Shown piece after piece: positions 18,001 through 25,106 of a DNA stretch of 32,000 bases. The notes under the pieces were generated by a model that was not told the DNA's origin, made no database searches, and was given only the letters and a program-made list of their open reading frames with translations. Source of the stretch: Shewanella sp. GD04112 (GTDB lineage Bacteria; Pseudomonadota; Gammaproteobacteria; Enterobacterales; Shewanellaceae); assembly GCF_029835735.1 (NCBI RefSeq), contig NZ_JAOEAL010000001.1, forward strand, positions 2,470,530 to 2,502,529, written 5' to 3'. The position numbers were made by a program, and so were the translations under genes. The stretch's first letter is position 1; the number at the start of each line of letters is the position of its first letter.

Positions 18001-19562
18001 TCGCTGACGATTACGAGCAAGCACAAAACGATCTTGCGAAAGAAGATGGAAACGTAAGTTCATTGCGTGAGAGGCACAAACAGAAACGTGTCATGCTCGA
18101 TGAGTTGAAGGTTCAGTTGAGAGAAAGCGAAGATAAAGCACGCAAAAACAAAGAGGTACATCTTAAGCTTCAATCGGAATATTCTGTGTTAGAAGAGCAG
18201 GTTGCGGAATCAAAACGTAGTTTGTCAAAGCTGACTTACCCTTATTGCGAAGGACTCGAAAAACAACTTTCACTCGATAGCGAAACGATATCTAAACGAT
18301 TGAGAGCGGCTCAAGAGCAATGTGAATCACTCCAACTTAAGCAAGTATCATTAACCGAACGCCATAACACCCTACTCAAGCAAGTAGAATCCCTACAGAG
18401 TACATCAGTGATTGCAGAAGAGGCGCGTGAAAATGCAAATGGTATAAAGCAAAAGGTGCTGGATGCTCTGCCTGCCGGAGCCACAAAACATAAGCTAGAG
18501 CAAGAAATGGACGTCTATTTTAAACTGATGCATGAAGGTGAGGCCGTCCAATACACTAATGGGATTTACGCAATATCTGGATTGGTCAATCGCTATGGTT
18601 TGAGTCGAGATGATGAGTTCTCCCAAAAAATAAATAGTTTTAATCTAGAGGGAGGGACCACCCTGCCTAGTCTTTGCCAGCTGCATAGTGACGCTATTTC
18701 TTTGTTTCGTCGGCAAGCCCGAGGGGACATTATTCGTAGTTCCGAGCCGACAGAGATGCTTACACAATTGGATAGTGCGTGTAGTCTCGCTAGGAGAACA
18801 CTTGAAAGCGCCGAAGAGCAGTTTCTCACAGATAGAAATGAACTAGGAAATGCCATTGCCCGTCGTGTACAGGATGAGCAGAAAGCCATAAGAAGGCTAA
18901 GTGCTGAAATGATAGGAATAAGCTTTGGGCAAGTTGCGGCTATTCGTCTAGTACCTAAAAGCGTCCCTCATTTCGAAGCTACTTTGAAGGCTTTGAGAGG
19001 AAGCGACGATGTCATGGACGATCTCTTCAATAATGCTGAAGATGTAGAAGAAGCGCTCGCAACACTATATCAAAAAACCACTGGTGGCCGGATCGAGGGA
19101 GAAAAGCTGCTTGACCATAAGAACTACATCAATGTGGTAACAGAAATCCAGAGAGTTGGTAGTGAAGAATTTGAGTTATTGGATGACAAAACACTTTCAA
19201 CAGGAGAGCGAATTGGCTCTGGATTGGTTGTCTTAATAGCAATTCTAAAAAACTGGGGACGGGTCTCACATGAAAAACAACCTTTCTTAATCCCGTTAGT
19301 AATGGATGAAGCATCACGTTTGGACTCCGACGCTCAGAGAACGGTGCACCAGTTGGCGGTAAAGACCGGAAGTCAGATTGTAATTGCCGCACCTGAGTCG
19401 CAAGGAAAGATATCAGGTGTTGGCTATCAACTTGTCAGAAGTGCTTCTAAAGCAGGTAACAAAGAGAGCCGTGTAATCATTAGTGGGATCCGGGATGCTG
19501 ACAGTTTAGGGATTGATGAAGAAGCATTTATCGATTCGGTTGTGAGTGGGGCGGCGCATTGA
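15006..19562 (+). CDS. jetC: MukB-like SMC ATPase (JetC/MksB-class), 1518 aa
   Basis: - SD GGAGGA precedes ATGATG at 15006.
- N-terminal head: IKSLSLVGVNGVSARTLDL, Walker A GKNGSGKTT (15141-15167), ALLPD.
- Very long coiled coils.
- Hinge-like VADLYSDIPLEEAGFTEAALGQLMCAIVVNDPS.
- C-terminal head: SFGQVAAIRL...LSTGERIGSG...LVMDEASRLD (D-E at 19305-19310)...QIVIAAPE...GYQLVR.
- Each motif matches MukB motifs as I recall them. Confidence 0.85.
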   Translation: MMRNYPYIKSLSLVGVNGVSARTLDLVNPHEHQTDRQYGTVVSLLGKNGSGKTTLLGTFMLALLPDIRSVSLGTSDNFTQTQKMQDAEMFERLGNPSLIGLEVVSRAGERALFIVRSERETGSRLKFDTFRVGLFDSLAPLDFLIVRNGNMVTPRTIDGIRDIAAEHGCRLQSFDKIDKYMLALFNDGILPRTFNRSNERYQLGQIFHSAMSGKRDQAIGRDLADFLMTHSRTNIKSVVDVLSGTMRKLRQTRDDLAHNSKDYAFFKELLEKSFTVSAKAWAQAEYNFSRADKEATSCRQDVSECKVSIEKSDQDLTECRSKLDTSVENRTSLEQESEQLKPRLASAVEGEIFYKQGKQASVSLLKKEAQLYESLSLSQLADEGADASRNKVEQANQDILDIQAQLADVQERFILLEKKAGQYRNAKSLLDSVKSWCGDSFELAKLKGMIEEYTAQSKQLALEADQLGNKLNSAENINEIHAKAASLIRRAGDSIDPNVAKNWFISTELRLEEERPLAVSLEQMRNGLSALKRNHRTVNRMLDRFKQAKLPRMPSNESEYQQLTEDRGEALESAKEVKASVDARYEDERHIQEELKIEVSRLKSLRTEWQNYQPAVARLYECFPDTQFTAEMLDGLIKNTQRELRSLRENNSRIESNIFSLKERILSLSNRETGSLETLQRFASDVGGVAVADLYSDIPLEEAGFTEAALGQLMCAIVVNDPSDAARTLLAEYGDNWPLPDVILMTVKNHSPDQLRSGGYDADLFFKDLSQEFVGADLDLNHNENDVPWVVLSEPFGGIRVSGVPTEPVLGKEARDKLIADLQIELNSKQTLFDSNDENISLLQSGLEQANRINVNPSLAFAVEPNVELKKQKLQQQGNKVADLYSQTLQATNRVKTLELQCSLLEQHADSSDLLDVNFDKEIMEAEEQIIRSEKAKKYVDRYGGTFSQIKQQYPKIREDYQSDIDTLKRQHQLAEQDLSNTNNRKRDLTSLNQVANHLADDYEQAQNDLAKEDGNVSSLRERHKQKRVMLDELKVQLRESEDKARKNKEVHLKLQSEYSVLEEQVAESKRSLSKLTYPYCEGLEKQLSLDSETISKRLRAAQEQCESLQLKQVSLTERHNTLLKQVESLQSTSVIAEEARENANGIKQKVLDALPAGATKHKLEQEMDVYFKLMHEGEAVQYTNGIYAISGLVNRYGLSRDDEFSQKINSFNLEGGTTLPSLCQLHSDAISLFRRQARGDIIRSSEPTEMLTQLDSACSLARRTLESAEEQFLTDRNELGNAIARRVQDEQKAIRRLSAEMIGISFGQVAAIRLVPKSVPHFEATLKALRGSDDVMDDLFNNAEDVEEALATLYQKTTGGRIEGEKLLDHKNYINVVTEIQRVGSEEFELLDDKTLSTGERIGSGLVVLIAILKNWGRVSHEKQPFLIPLVMDEASRLDSDAQRTVHQLAVKTGSQIVIAAPESQGKISGVGYQLVRSASKAGNKESRVIISGIRDADSLGIDEEAFIDSVVSGAAH

Positions 19563-20509
19563 TGCATGGACTACTGGAGGATGTAAAGTTAACACCTAAG
19601 CAGGCACTGGCACTTATTGATAAGCTTATTGAGCGCGGGAAAGTGTTGCCCAACCAGAGAGATAGTTTACTGATTGAGCGCCTTGAGCAACTTGGCATAG
19701 TGAAACGAGTGGGGAGTTACTGGCAGCTGTGTGAGCCCCAACGCATTGAGAGTGTTCGTAACCAAATAACGCAATATACTTTGCAAAAAAACAGGCCTGG
19801 TATCTTACGAAAGATGCCCGTTGTACATCATAAAAGTGCTGCTGCCTGGCGAGGACATAGCAAAAGTGGGCAAGGCGAGGCTCTTCAGAAAGGTCAACTG
19901 ATAAGTACAGACGATGTAGTACGGGTCCGCACTCAGAAGACCGGGTTCGTAATATACAGCGATAACGCCACGATTGATACTGACTTGGAGACTCTGCAAA
20001 GGACTGAAGTCAGCTTACCAGAACGGTTGTACAAAGACGCTCATGCGCCCTGTGTCGCTGGGGTAAAGTTGGTGTTGACTGTCGAAAACTTGGGCACATT
20101 TGTTGACTTCCCCATGGTGGATGGACTCGTATTGGTTTACTCATCAGGGAATAACTTTGCATCATCGGTTTGTTTTATCAAGCGCTTCTTGGAAGAGGTG
20201 ACCTGGGCACACTTCCCGGACCTTGATCCCAATGGTCTGATCATATCAACGCAAATGGCAGATACCCTCAACAAACCTTGCAATGTTTGGATTCCACCTC
20301 ATTGGGATAGGGTCCGAGCTCAGCCGCTGGTTTCTGGTAAAGGAAAAAAGGTATGGGGGGAAGCCCCTGCCTGCCCTGAAATCGCAAGTTTGCAGGAAAC
20401 AAGCCATTGGGTTGAGCAAGAGGTTCTCGTCTTAGATCAACGAAGCGTCAAAGCCGTCAGTGAGCTTGTTAGTGAGCCTAAGCTCCGGCTAATAACTCTT
20501 CAATACTAA
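19562..20509 (+). CDS. jetD: JetD/MksG-type Toprim (topoisomerase-VI-like) nuclease subunit, 315 aa
   Basis: The start overlaps the jetC stop (TGATG). Toprim signature: VLTVENLGTFVDF (Glu codon 20084-20086), WAHFPDLDPNGLII (DxD 20228-20236), then HWVEQEVL. The N-terminus looks winged-helix-like (LIDKLIERGKVL..LEQLGIVKRVGSYWQL). Confidence 0.7.
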   Translation: MHGLLEDVKLTPKQALALIDKLIERGKVLPNQRDSLLIERLEQLGIVKRVGSYWQLCEPQRIESVRNQITQYTLQKNRPGILRKMPVVHHKSAAAWRGHSKSGQGEALQKGQLISTDDVVRVRTQKTGFVIYSDNATIDTDLETLQRTEVSLPERLYKDAHAPCVAGVKLVLTVENLGTFVDFPMVDGLVLVYSSGNNFASSVCFIKRFLEEVTWAHFPDLDPNGLIISTQMADTLNKPCNVWIPPHWDRVRAQPLVSGKGKKVWGEAPACPEIASLQETSHWVEQEVLVLDQRSVKAVSELVSEPKLRLITLQY

Positions 20510-20699
20510 AGATTTTACGATTGACAGTTCAGGCGGCAGTTAATCAAACATTGTACTCGGCGAAGCTGATGTTCGTGCAGTGTGTCGACAATTCCGCTAC
20601 AGGGAAAGTCTCAATTCATTGCCTGGCGAACAATAGCCTAGCTATGCCCATAAGAAGCAGTTATCTGACTAGTTTACTTCTTAAGAATAAGGATACTTA

Positions 20700-22010
20700 A
20701 TGAGTATTGAGAAGTTTAGAAGCGTGGAGGAACTAAAACAGTTCTTCGAAGAAGGAGGTAACCCTTGGTTTGATGCAGAATTTTCTCCTCAGACTCAGAG
20801 TATCGTCGAAGCATTGGATGCAAAAGGAGCCTTTCTCAATAAGTGGTGGGTAAGGACCGCCATGGATTGGAAGTGTCCCGCCTGTAAAAGGACTAAGCCC
20901 CAAATAGCCAAACTAGATAATCGTAGATATGCCTCCTGCAAACTGGAGGAGCATCACGATCACATGAAGGATACGGTGCGCACGTTGTTCGAAGAAATAT
21001 CTTCGAACAGAGAAGTCGTTGTTGCAACTGAGCTAGCTAAGCGGTTTGCAATCAGGACGTCCTTTGCAATTTCCGCTTACGATAACACGGTGATTTGCGC
21101 GGATTGTAATAAAGCAGACGGTATTGCAAAACGGATGGTCAAAACTCACAGTGACTTTTCATACTCTCCAGCAGAAATTGGGCGATTTGTAAAACCATCA
21201 GATAATCGAGAGCATGAAATTGACGCGGATATCGCCAAGGAAATTTGGAACGAGAATCTGGAAACGTTCAATAAGCGTATGCAGTTGGCAAAAGTTATAG
21301 CGGAGTTGGCTGCCAGCGATTCACATTGGTATCAACCCTCAGAACCAACAGCCAAGCAAGTCAATGATTCTGCCAATTACAAGTTTAACTTGCGTGGATT
21401 AAGAGACCTTCACGATGATCCTGAAAAGCTTCTATACAATACAACGCCTTTCAAGGGAAACCACTCATCATGGAGATTGAATCCCAAGCCTTTCACAAGT
21501 ACGAGACCAACTGATGGACAAATAGCACATTTATCTAACACCAGGGGGCGGTACTGGAACAGGTACGACGACAGCTGGCAATGCCCATGTTGTGGTCGTT
21601 TAAAGCGGGAATGTCTTAAGCCGTCTAAAAATAACCCTTGGGTGTTTGAAGTAAAGGCCATTCTAGCTCATGATTCTGAGCATCAGTCTTTTGCTGAAGA
21701 AATTAAGGTGTGCAACGAATGTTTCAATGCTGCAAACCATCTTGGCCAGGAAGCAATAAAAGAAGCCAAAGAACAAGATGAGACGGTAGATGTATATTTT
21801 CCACATAGCTTGATACAACTGGAAGAGTTGAAGTCTGTTATAACGCCGAGATTACACTCCTCACATATCATTGATAATGACTTGGCTGAAAACGTGGTTC
21901 GCAATGCCATCAGGCGCATTATTGATGAAGACTATAACCAATCCCCAAAGCACAAGATGAAGCTGCAAGAACAGTTCAGTACAATGCTTTATGGTGGAAG
22001 TTGTGAATAG
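20700..22010 (+). CDS. Protein with two endonuclease-VII/HNH-like zinc modules (436 aa), otherwise unassigned
   Basis: SD aaggatacttaATG. Module 1: WKCPACKRTK...KLEEHHDHMKD...(about 47 aa)...VICADCNKADGIAKR. Module 2: WQCPCCGRLKREC...ILAHDSEHQSFAEEIKVCNECFNAANHLGQ. The layout CxxC...H.DH...CxxCN..(D/E)G is that of the T4 endonuclease VII branch of the HNH fold. Confidence 0.55.
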   Translation: MSIEKFRSVEELKQFFEEGGNPWFDAEFSPQTQSIVEALDAKGAFLNKWWVRTAMDWKCPACKRTKPQIAKLDNRRYASCKLEEHHDHMKDTVRTLFEEISSNREVVVATELAKRFAIRTSFAISAYDNTVICADCNKADGIAKRMVKTHSDFSYSPAEIGRFVKPSDNREHEIDADIAKEIWNENLETFNKRMQLAKVIAELAASDSHWYQPSEPTAKQVNDSANYKFNLRGLRDLHDDPEKLLYNTTPFKGNHSSWRLNPKPFTSTRPTDGQIAHLSNTRGRYWNRYDDSWQCPCCGRLKRECLKPSKNNPWVFEVKAILAHDSEHQSFAEEIKVCNECFNAANHLGQEAIKEAKEQDETVDVYFPHSLIQLEELKSVITPRLHSSHIIDNDLAENVVRNAIRRIIDEDYNQSPKHKMKLQEQFSTMLYGGSCE

Positions 22011-22164
22011 TTCAGCCTTCGCTAGACACGAATGCAGCGACTCCACTGTCTAATTTGATCAAATATTGTGAAGGTCCACTAGAACCGACTTTAAAAAAAA
22101 TCAGTGATTTATATGGGGATTACTAAAATTGGCCTTCTTTTGAGAATTACATGAGGGGAATGAA

Positions 22165-22530
<366 letters not shown>

Positions 22531-22857
22531 CTATGCCACTACACTCATATATTAGAACGTGAGAGCGTGGAGCGGATCGCTGCTCATCCTGGAAATCCGA
22601 TTGGCAATATTGTCGAACTCTGGGAAGAACAGGAAATCGGTGTGACTAAAGAAGCAAAGTTATTGAAGGTAATTGACCGCTTATTGCCATTCTTACATAA
22701 CATGACTAGCGAAGGCCAAGCTTGGAGGGATAATGGAATACATAAAGCCCAAGTGTTGAATATGCACCAATTTATCGAGAAGGAAAGTCCTGAAATTTTT
22801 TCATGGTTTGTTATACAGCTCGAATATGCCGTTGAACAAGGTTGGCTTAAAGCATGA
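22531..22857 (+). pseudogene. 3' fragment of an HD-domain (HD_3-type metal-dependent phosphohydrolase) gene
   Basis: ..IVELWEEQEIGVTKEAKLLKVIDRLLPFLHNMTSEGQAWRDNGIHKAQVLNMHQFIEKESPEIFSWFVIQLEYAVEQGWL matches the C-terminal half pattern of HD_3 proteins. The catalytic HD part is missing, and the frame is open right up to the IS3 terminus at 22530. Confidence 0.55.
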
Positions 22858-23065
22858 TCTTTCATTGGTTGTTTCTTGTCTATCCAGACTAGGCCCGTAA
22901 CTTGTCGATGCCCCATTCAAAGTTATCAACACGACTTGAGATGAGCATCACTAGCCTAATGTTGACCCAAACTAAGTAATGCGACAAAGTCCCCCTGTGT
23001 CAGGATTGTTGTCACCCCTAAATAATCATTATGTTTAAAGACAGGGTGCGGCAAAAGAGAACGAT

Positions 23066-23566
23066 ATGGCTCGGTATTCACCAGAACGTAAAGAAGCGAT
23101 CCTTAAAAAATTATTACCTCCTCACAACTTAACGGTCGCAGAGGTCGCTCGGGAAGAAGGCATCGCGGTGCAAACCTTGTATCATTGGCGAGATATTGCC
23201 AGAAAAGAAGGTCGCCCCGTGCCAGGTAAAACATTAACAGCCGATGATTGGTCGGCTGAAGCAAAACTTGCCGTGATTATTGAAACAGCGCCGCTGTCGG
23301 AAGCGGAGATAAACCAGTATTGCCGTGAAAAGGGCTTGTTCCGCGAGCAAGTACAGCAGTGGAAACAGGATTGTTTAGCTGGTTTTCAAACCTCAGAAGT
23401 ACAAACTAAAACCATTAAACAGCAGGCTAAGGCTGACAAAGCCGAAATCAAATCGCTGCAACGGGAATTGCGCTATAAGGAGAAAGCGCTGGCTGAAGCT
23501 GCTGCGTTACTGGTGCTCAGAAAAAAGCTCAATGCGCTCTGGGGGGACGACAGCGAGGAGAGCTAA
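23066..23566 (+). CDS. IS3-family transposase OrfA (HTH + leucine zipper)
   Basis: MARYSPERKEAILKKLL..LTVAEVAREEGIAVQTLYHWR is an HTH, followed by a coiled-coil tail KAEIKSLQRELRYKEKALAEAAALLVLRKKL. Confidence 0.8.
   Translation: MARYSPERKEAILKKLLPPHNLTVAEVAREEGIAVQTLYHWRDIARKEGRPVPGKTLTADDWSAEAKLAVIIETAPLSEAEINQYCREKGLFREQVQQWKQDCLAGFQTSEVQTKTIKQQAKADKAEIKSLQRELRYKEKALAEAAALLVLRKKLNALWGDDSEES
23521..23527 (+). promoter_or_regulatory. Programmed -1 ribosomal frameshift heptamer A AAA AAG
   Basis: The heptamer is in the X XXY YYZ register of orfA (codons AGA AAA AAG). The -1 frame is open from here into orfB (..AQCALGGRQRGELTPLPERIALI..). Confidence 0.7.
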
Positions 23567-23571
23567 CCCCC

Positions 23572-24621
23572 TTGCCTGAGCGCATAGCATTGATTGCCTT
23601 AATCCAAGAGGCCTATACCAATGGTGCTCGCCTTTATAAGGCTTGTGCTGAAACGGGCCTCAGTAAGCGTACCTATCGACGTTGGTATCGAGAAGGTCAA
23701 GTGCAAGCTGATTTAAGGCCAACAGCAGCTCGACCAGAGCCAGCAAATAAACTCGAAGAACATGAGCGACAACAGATATTAAGTGTGTGCAATCAAGCGG
23801 AGTACGCCAGCTTACCCCCGTCGCAAATTGTGCCAACATTATTAGATAACGGGATTTATATCGCCTCGGAATCCAGCTTCTACAGAGTGTTAAATGCTCA
23901 TGGTCAACTTAACCATCGTGGCCGCACTCAGGCTGCGGTCAATCGAAGCAAACCGTTGAGTTATCGGGCAGATGGGCCGAATCAAGTGTGGTCATGGGAC
24001 ATCACTTATTTAGCCTCAATCGTCAAAGGCCAGTTCTACTATTTGTACCTGTTTGAAGATATTTACAGTAGAAAAATAGTGGGTTACGAAGTTCATGAGC
24101 AAGAAAGTGGGGAATATGCCGCTGCGCTAATCCAACGCTGTCTGTTACGCGAGCAATGCTTTAACACGCCATTAGTGCTGCATTCTGATAATGGGGCGCC
24201 GATGAAGTCACTGACCATGAAAGCCAAGCTGGAAGAGCTTGGTATTACGGCATCATTAAGTCGGCCGCGGGTGAGTAATGACAACCCCTTTTCAGAGTCG
24301 TTATTTAAAACGTTGAAATACCGCCCACAGTGGCCGGCATCAGGTTTTAGCTGCTTAGCAACAGCAAGAGAATGGGTGGAAAAGTTTGTAACCTGGTACA
24401 ACGATGAGCATAAACACAGCCAGCTAAATTTTGTCTCACCAGGGCAACGTCATGCACTGCAAGATGGCGCTATTTTAGCGAAGCGCAAGAAAGTGCTTGA
24501 GGCGGCGAAGGAAAGAAAACCGATGCGTTGGTCTACAGAGATCAGAAATTGTGAAGCGGTTGGCGCTGTAACACTCAACCCAGATAAGGCACCAGAAGAA
24601 GGCGTAATAAATGCAGCTTAA
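23572..24621 (+). CDS. IS3-family transposase OrfB (DDE integrase core; expressed as an OrfAB fusion)
   Basis: WSWDITYL (D), LVLHSDNGAPM (D), SNDNPFSESLFKTLKYR (E); rve-type core. The frame is -1 relative to orfA. Confidence 0.8.
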   Translation: MPERIALIALIQEAYTNGARLYKACAETGLSKRTYRRWYREGQVQADLRPTAARPEPANKLEEHERQQILSVCNQAEYASLPPSQIVPTLLDNGIYIASESSFYRVLNAHGQLNHRGRTQAAVNRSKPLSYRADGPNQVWSWDITYLASIVKGQFYYLYLFEDIYSRKIVGYEVHEQESGEYAAALIQRCLLREQCFNTPLVLHSDNGAPMKSLTMKAKLEELGITASLSRPRVSNDNPFSESLFKTLKYRPQWPASGFSCLATAREWVEKFVTWYNDEHKHSQLNFVSPGQRHALQDGAILAKRKKVLEAAKERKPMRWSTEIRNCEAVGAVTLNPDKAPEEGVINAA

Positions 24622-24764
24622 TATTTAAACAAAGAGTGACAACTATCTTGAAAAACACCGAAGTCGCCGACTCTAACTATGGCGATTCTGCGCCGCTTAC
24701 TACTAATAATCATTAAGTTAATTATTCTTAAATATCTGAAAGGAAGCACCTATGATAGGCATTA

Positions 24765-25106
24765 TTGCCGATTGTCTTGGTTTACCTGGGCGTCCTACTC
24801 TTTTTAAGCCAGATTCTGCTATGGAAAATGCCTGCTGGGGGCAAGAAAACAATGGTTTCTCTGCTGCTGTTGCCGCTGCTGGCAGGCCTAAGCTTTATTG
24901 ATGAAATATGGGCCAGGCACCAGTTTCAGGCCTTATGCGCAGAAGATAATTTACTAAGCTACCAGGCGGATAAGGTCAGGGGGCAAGCGGTCAGCACCAA
25001 AGCGCTGATCCGGAACAATATCAGCGCAGCCGTGCCTATCGTTGAGCATACCCGGTACTGGTTTGTAGCTGGCACTGATGACATCGTGATCACCAGCAAA
25101 AGTTAG
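24765..25106 (+). CDS. Hypothetical small membrane protein (2 predicted TM helices); doubtful start (TTG)
   Basis: Hydrophobic N-terminus IVLVYLGVLLFLSQILLW and LLLLPLLAGLSF. It is more GC-rich than the DNA downstream. A competing ATG at 24752 with a good SD lies in another frame. The ORF ends at a TAG that is in frame with the next ORF. Confidence 0.25.
   Translation: MPIVLVYLGVLLFLSQILLWKMPAGGKKTMVSLLLLPLLAGLSFIDEIWARHQFQALCAEDNLLSYQADKVRGQAVSTKALIRNNISAAVPIVEHTRYWFVAGTDDIVITSKS

Larger units (their letters stand above)
22980..24668 (+). mobile_element. Apparently intact IS3-family insertion sequence (orfA/orfB with a -1 frameshift site); ends approximate
   Basis: The terminal repeats are imperfect: TGCGAC...GTTGTCAC on the left against GGCGAC...GTTGTCAC (reverse complement) on the right, with indels. 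It carries orfA + orfB with a DDE core. No clear target-site duplication was found. Confidence 0.6.

Noticed and set aside
15242-19392. Seven minus-strand ORFs (68-115 aa) inside the MukB-like gene, and similar antisense ORFs inside the LamG gene (76..1047), fdnG (4790..7138), the MukF-like gene (13704..13958) and others
   Set aside because: All are fully nested antisense to long, motif-rich genes. They have no recognisable motifs or ribosome-binding sites, and their Ser/Leu/Arg-rich composition is typical of reverse-frame artefacts.
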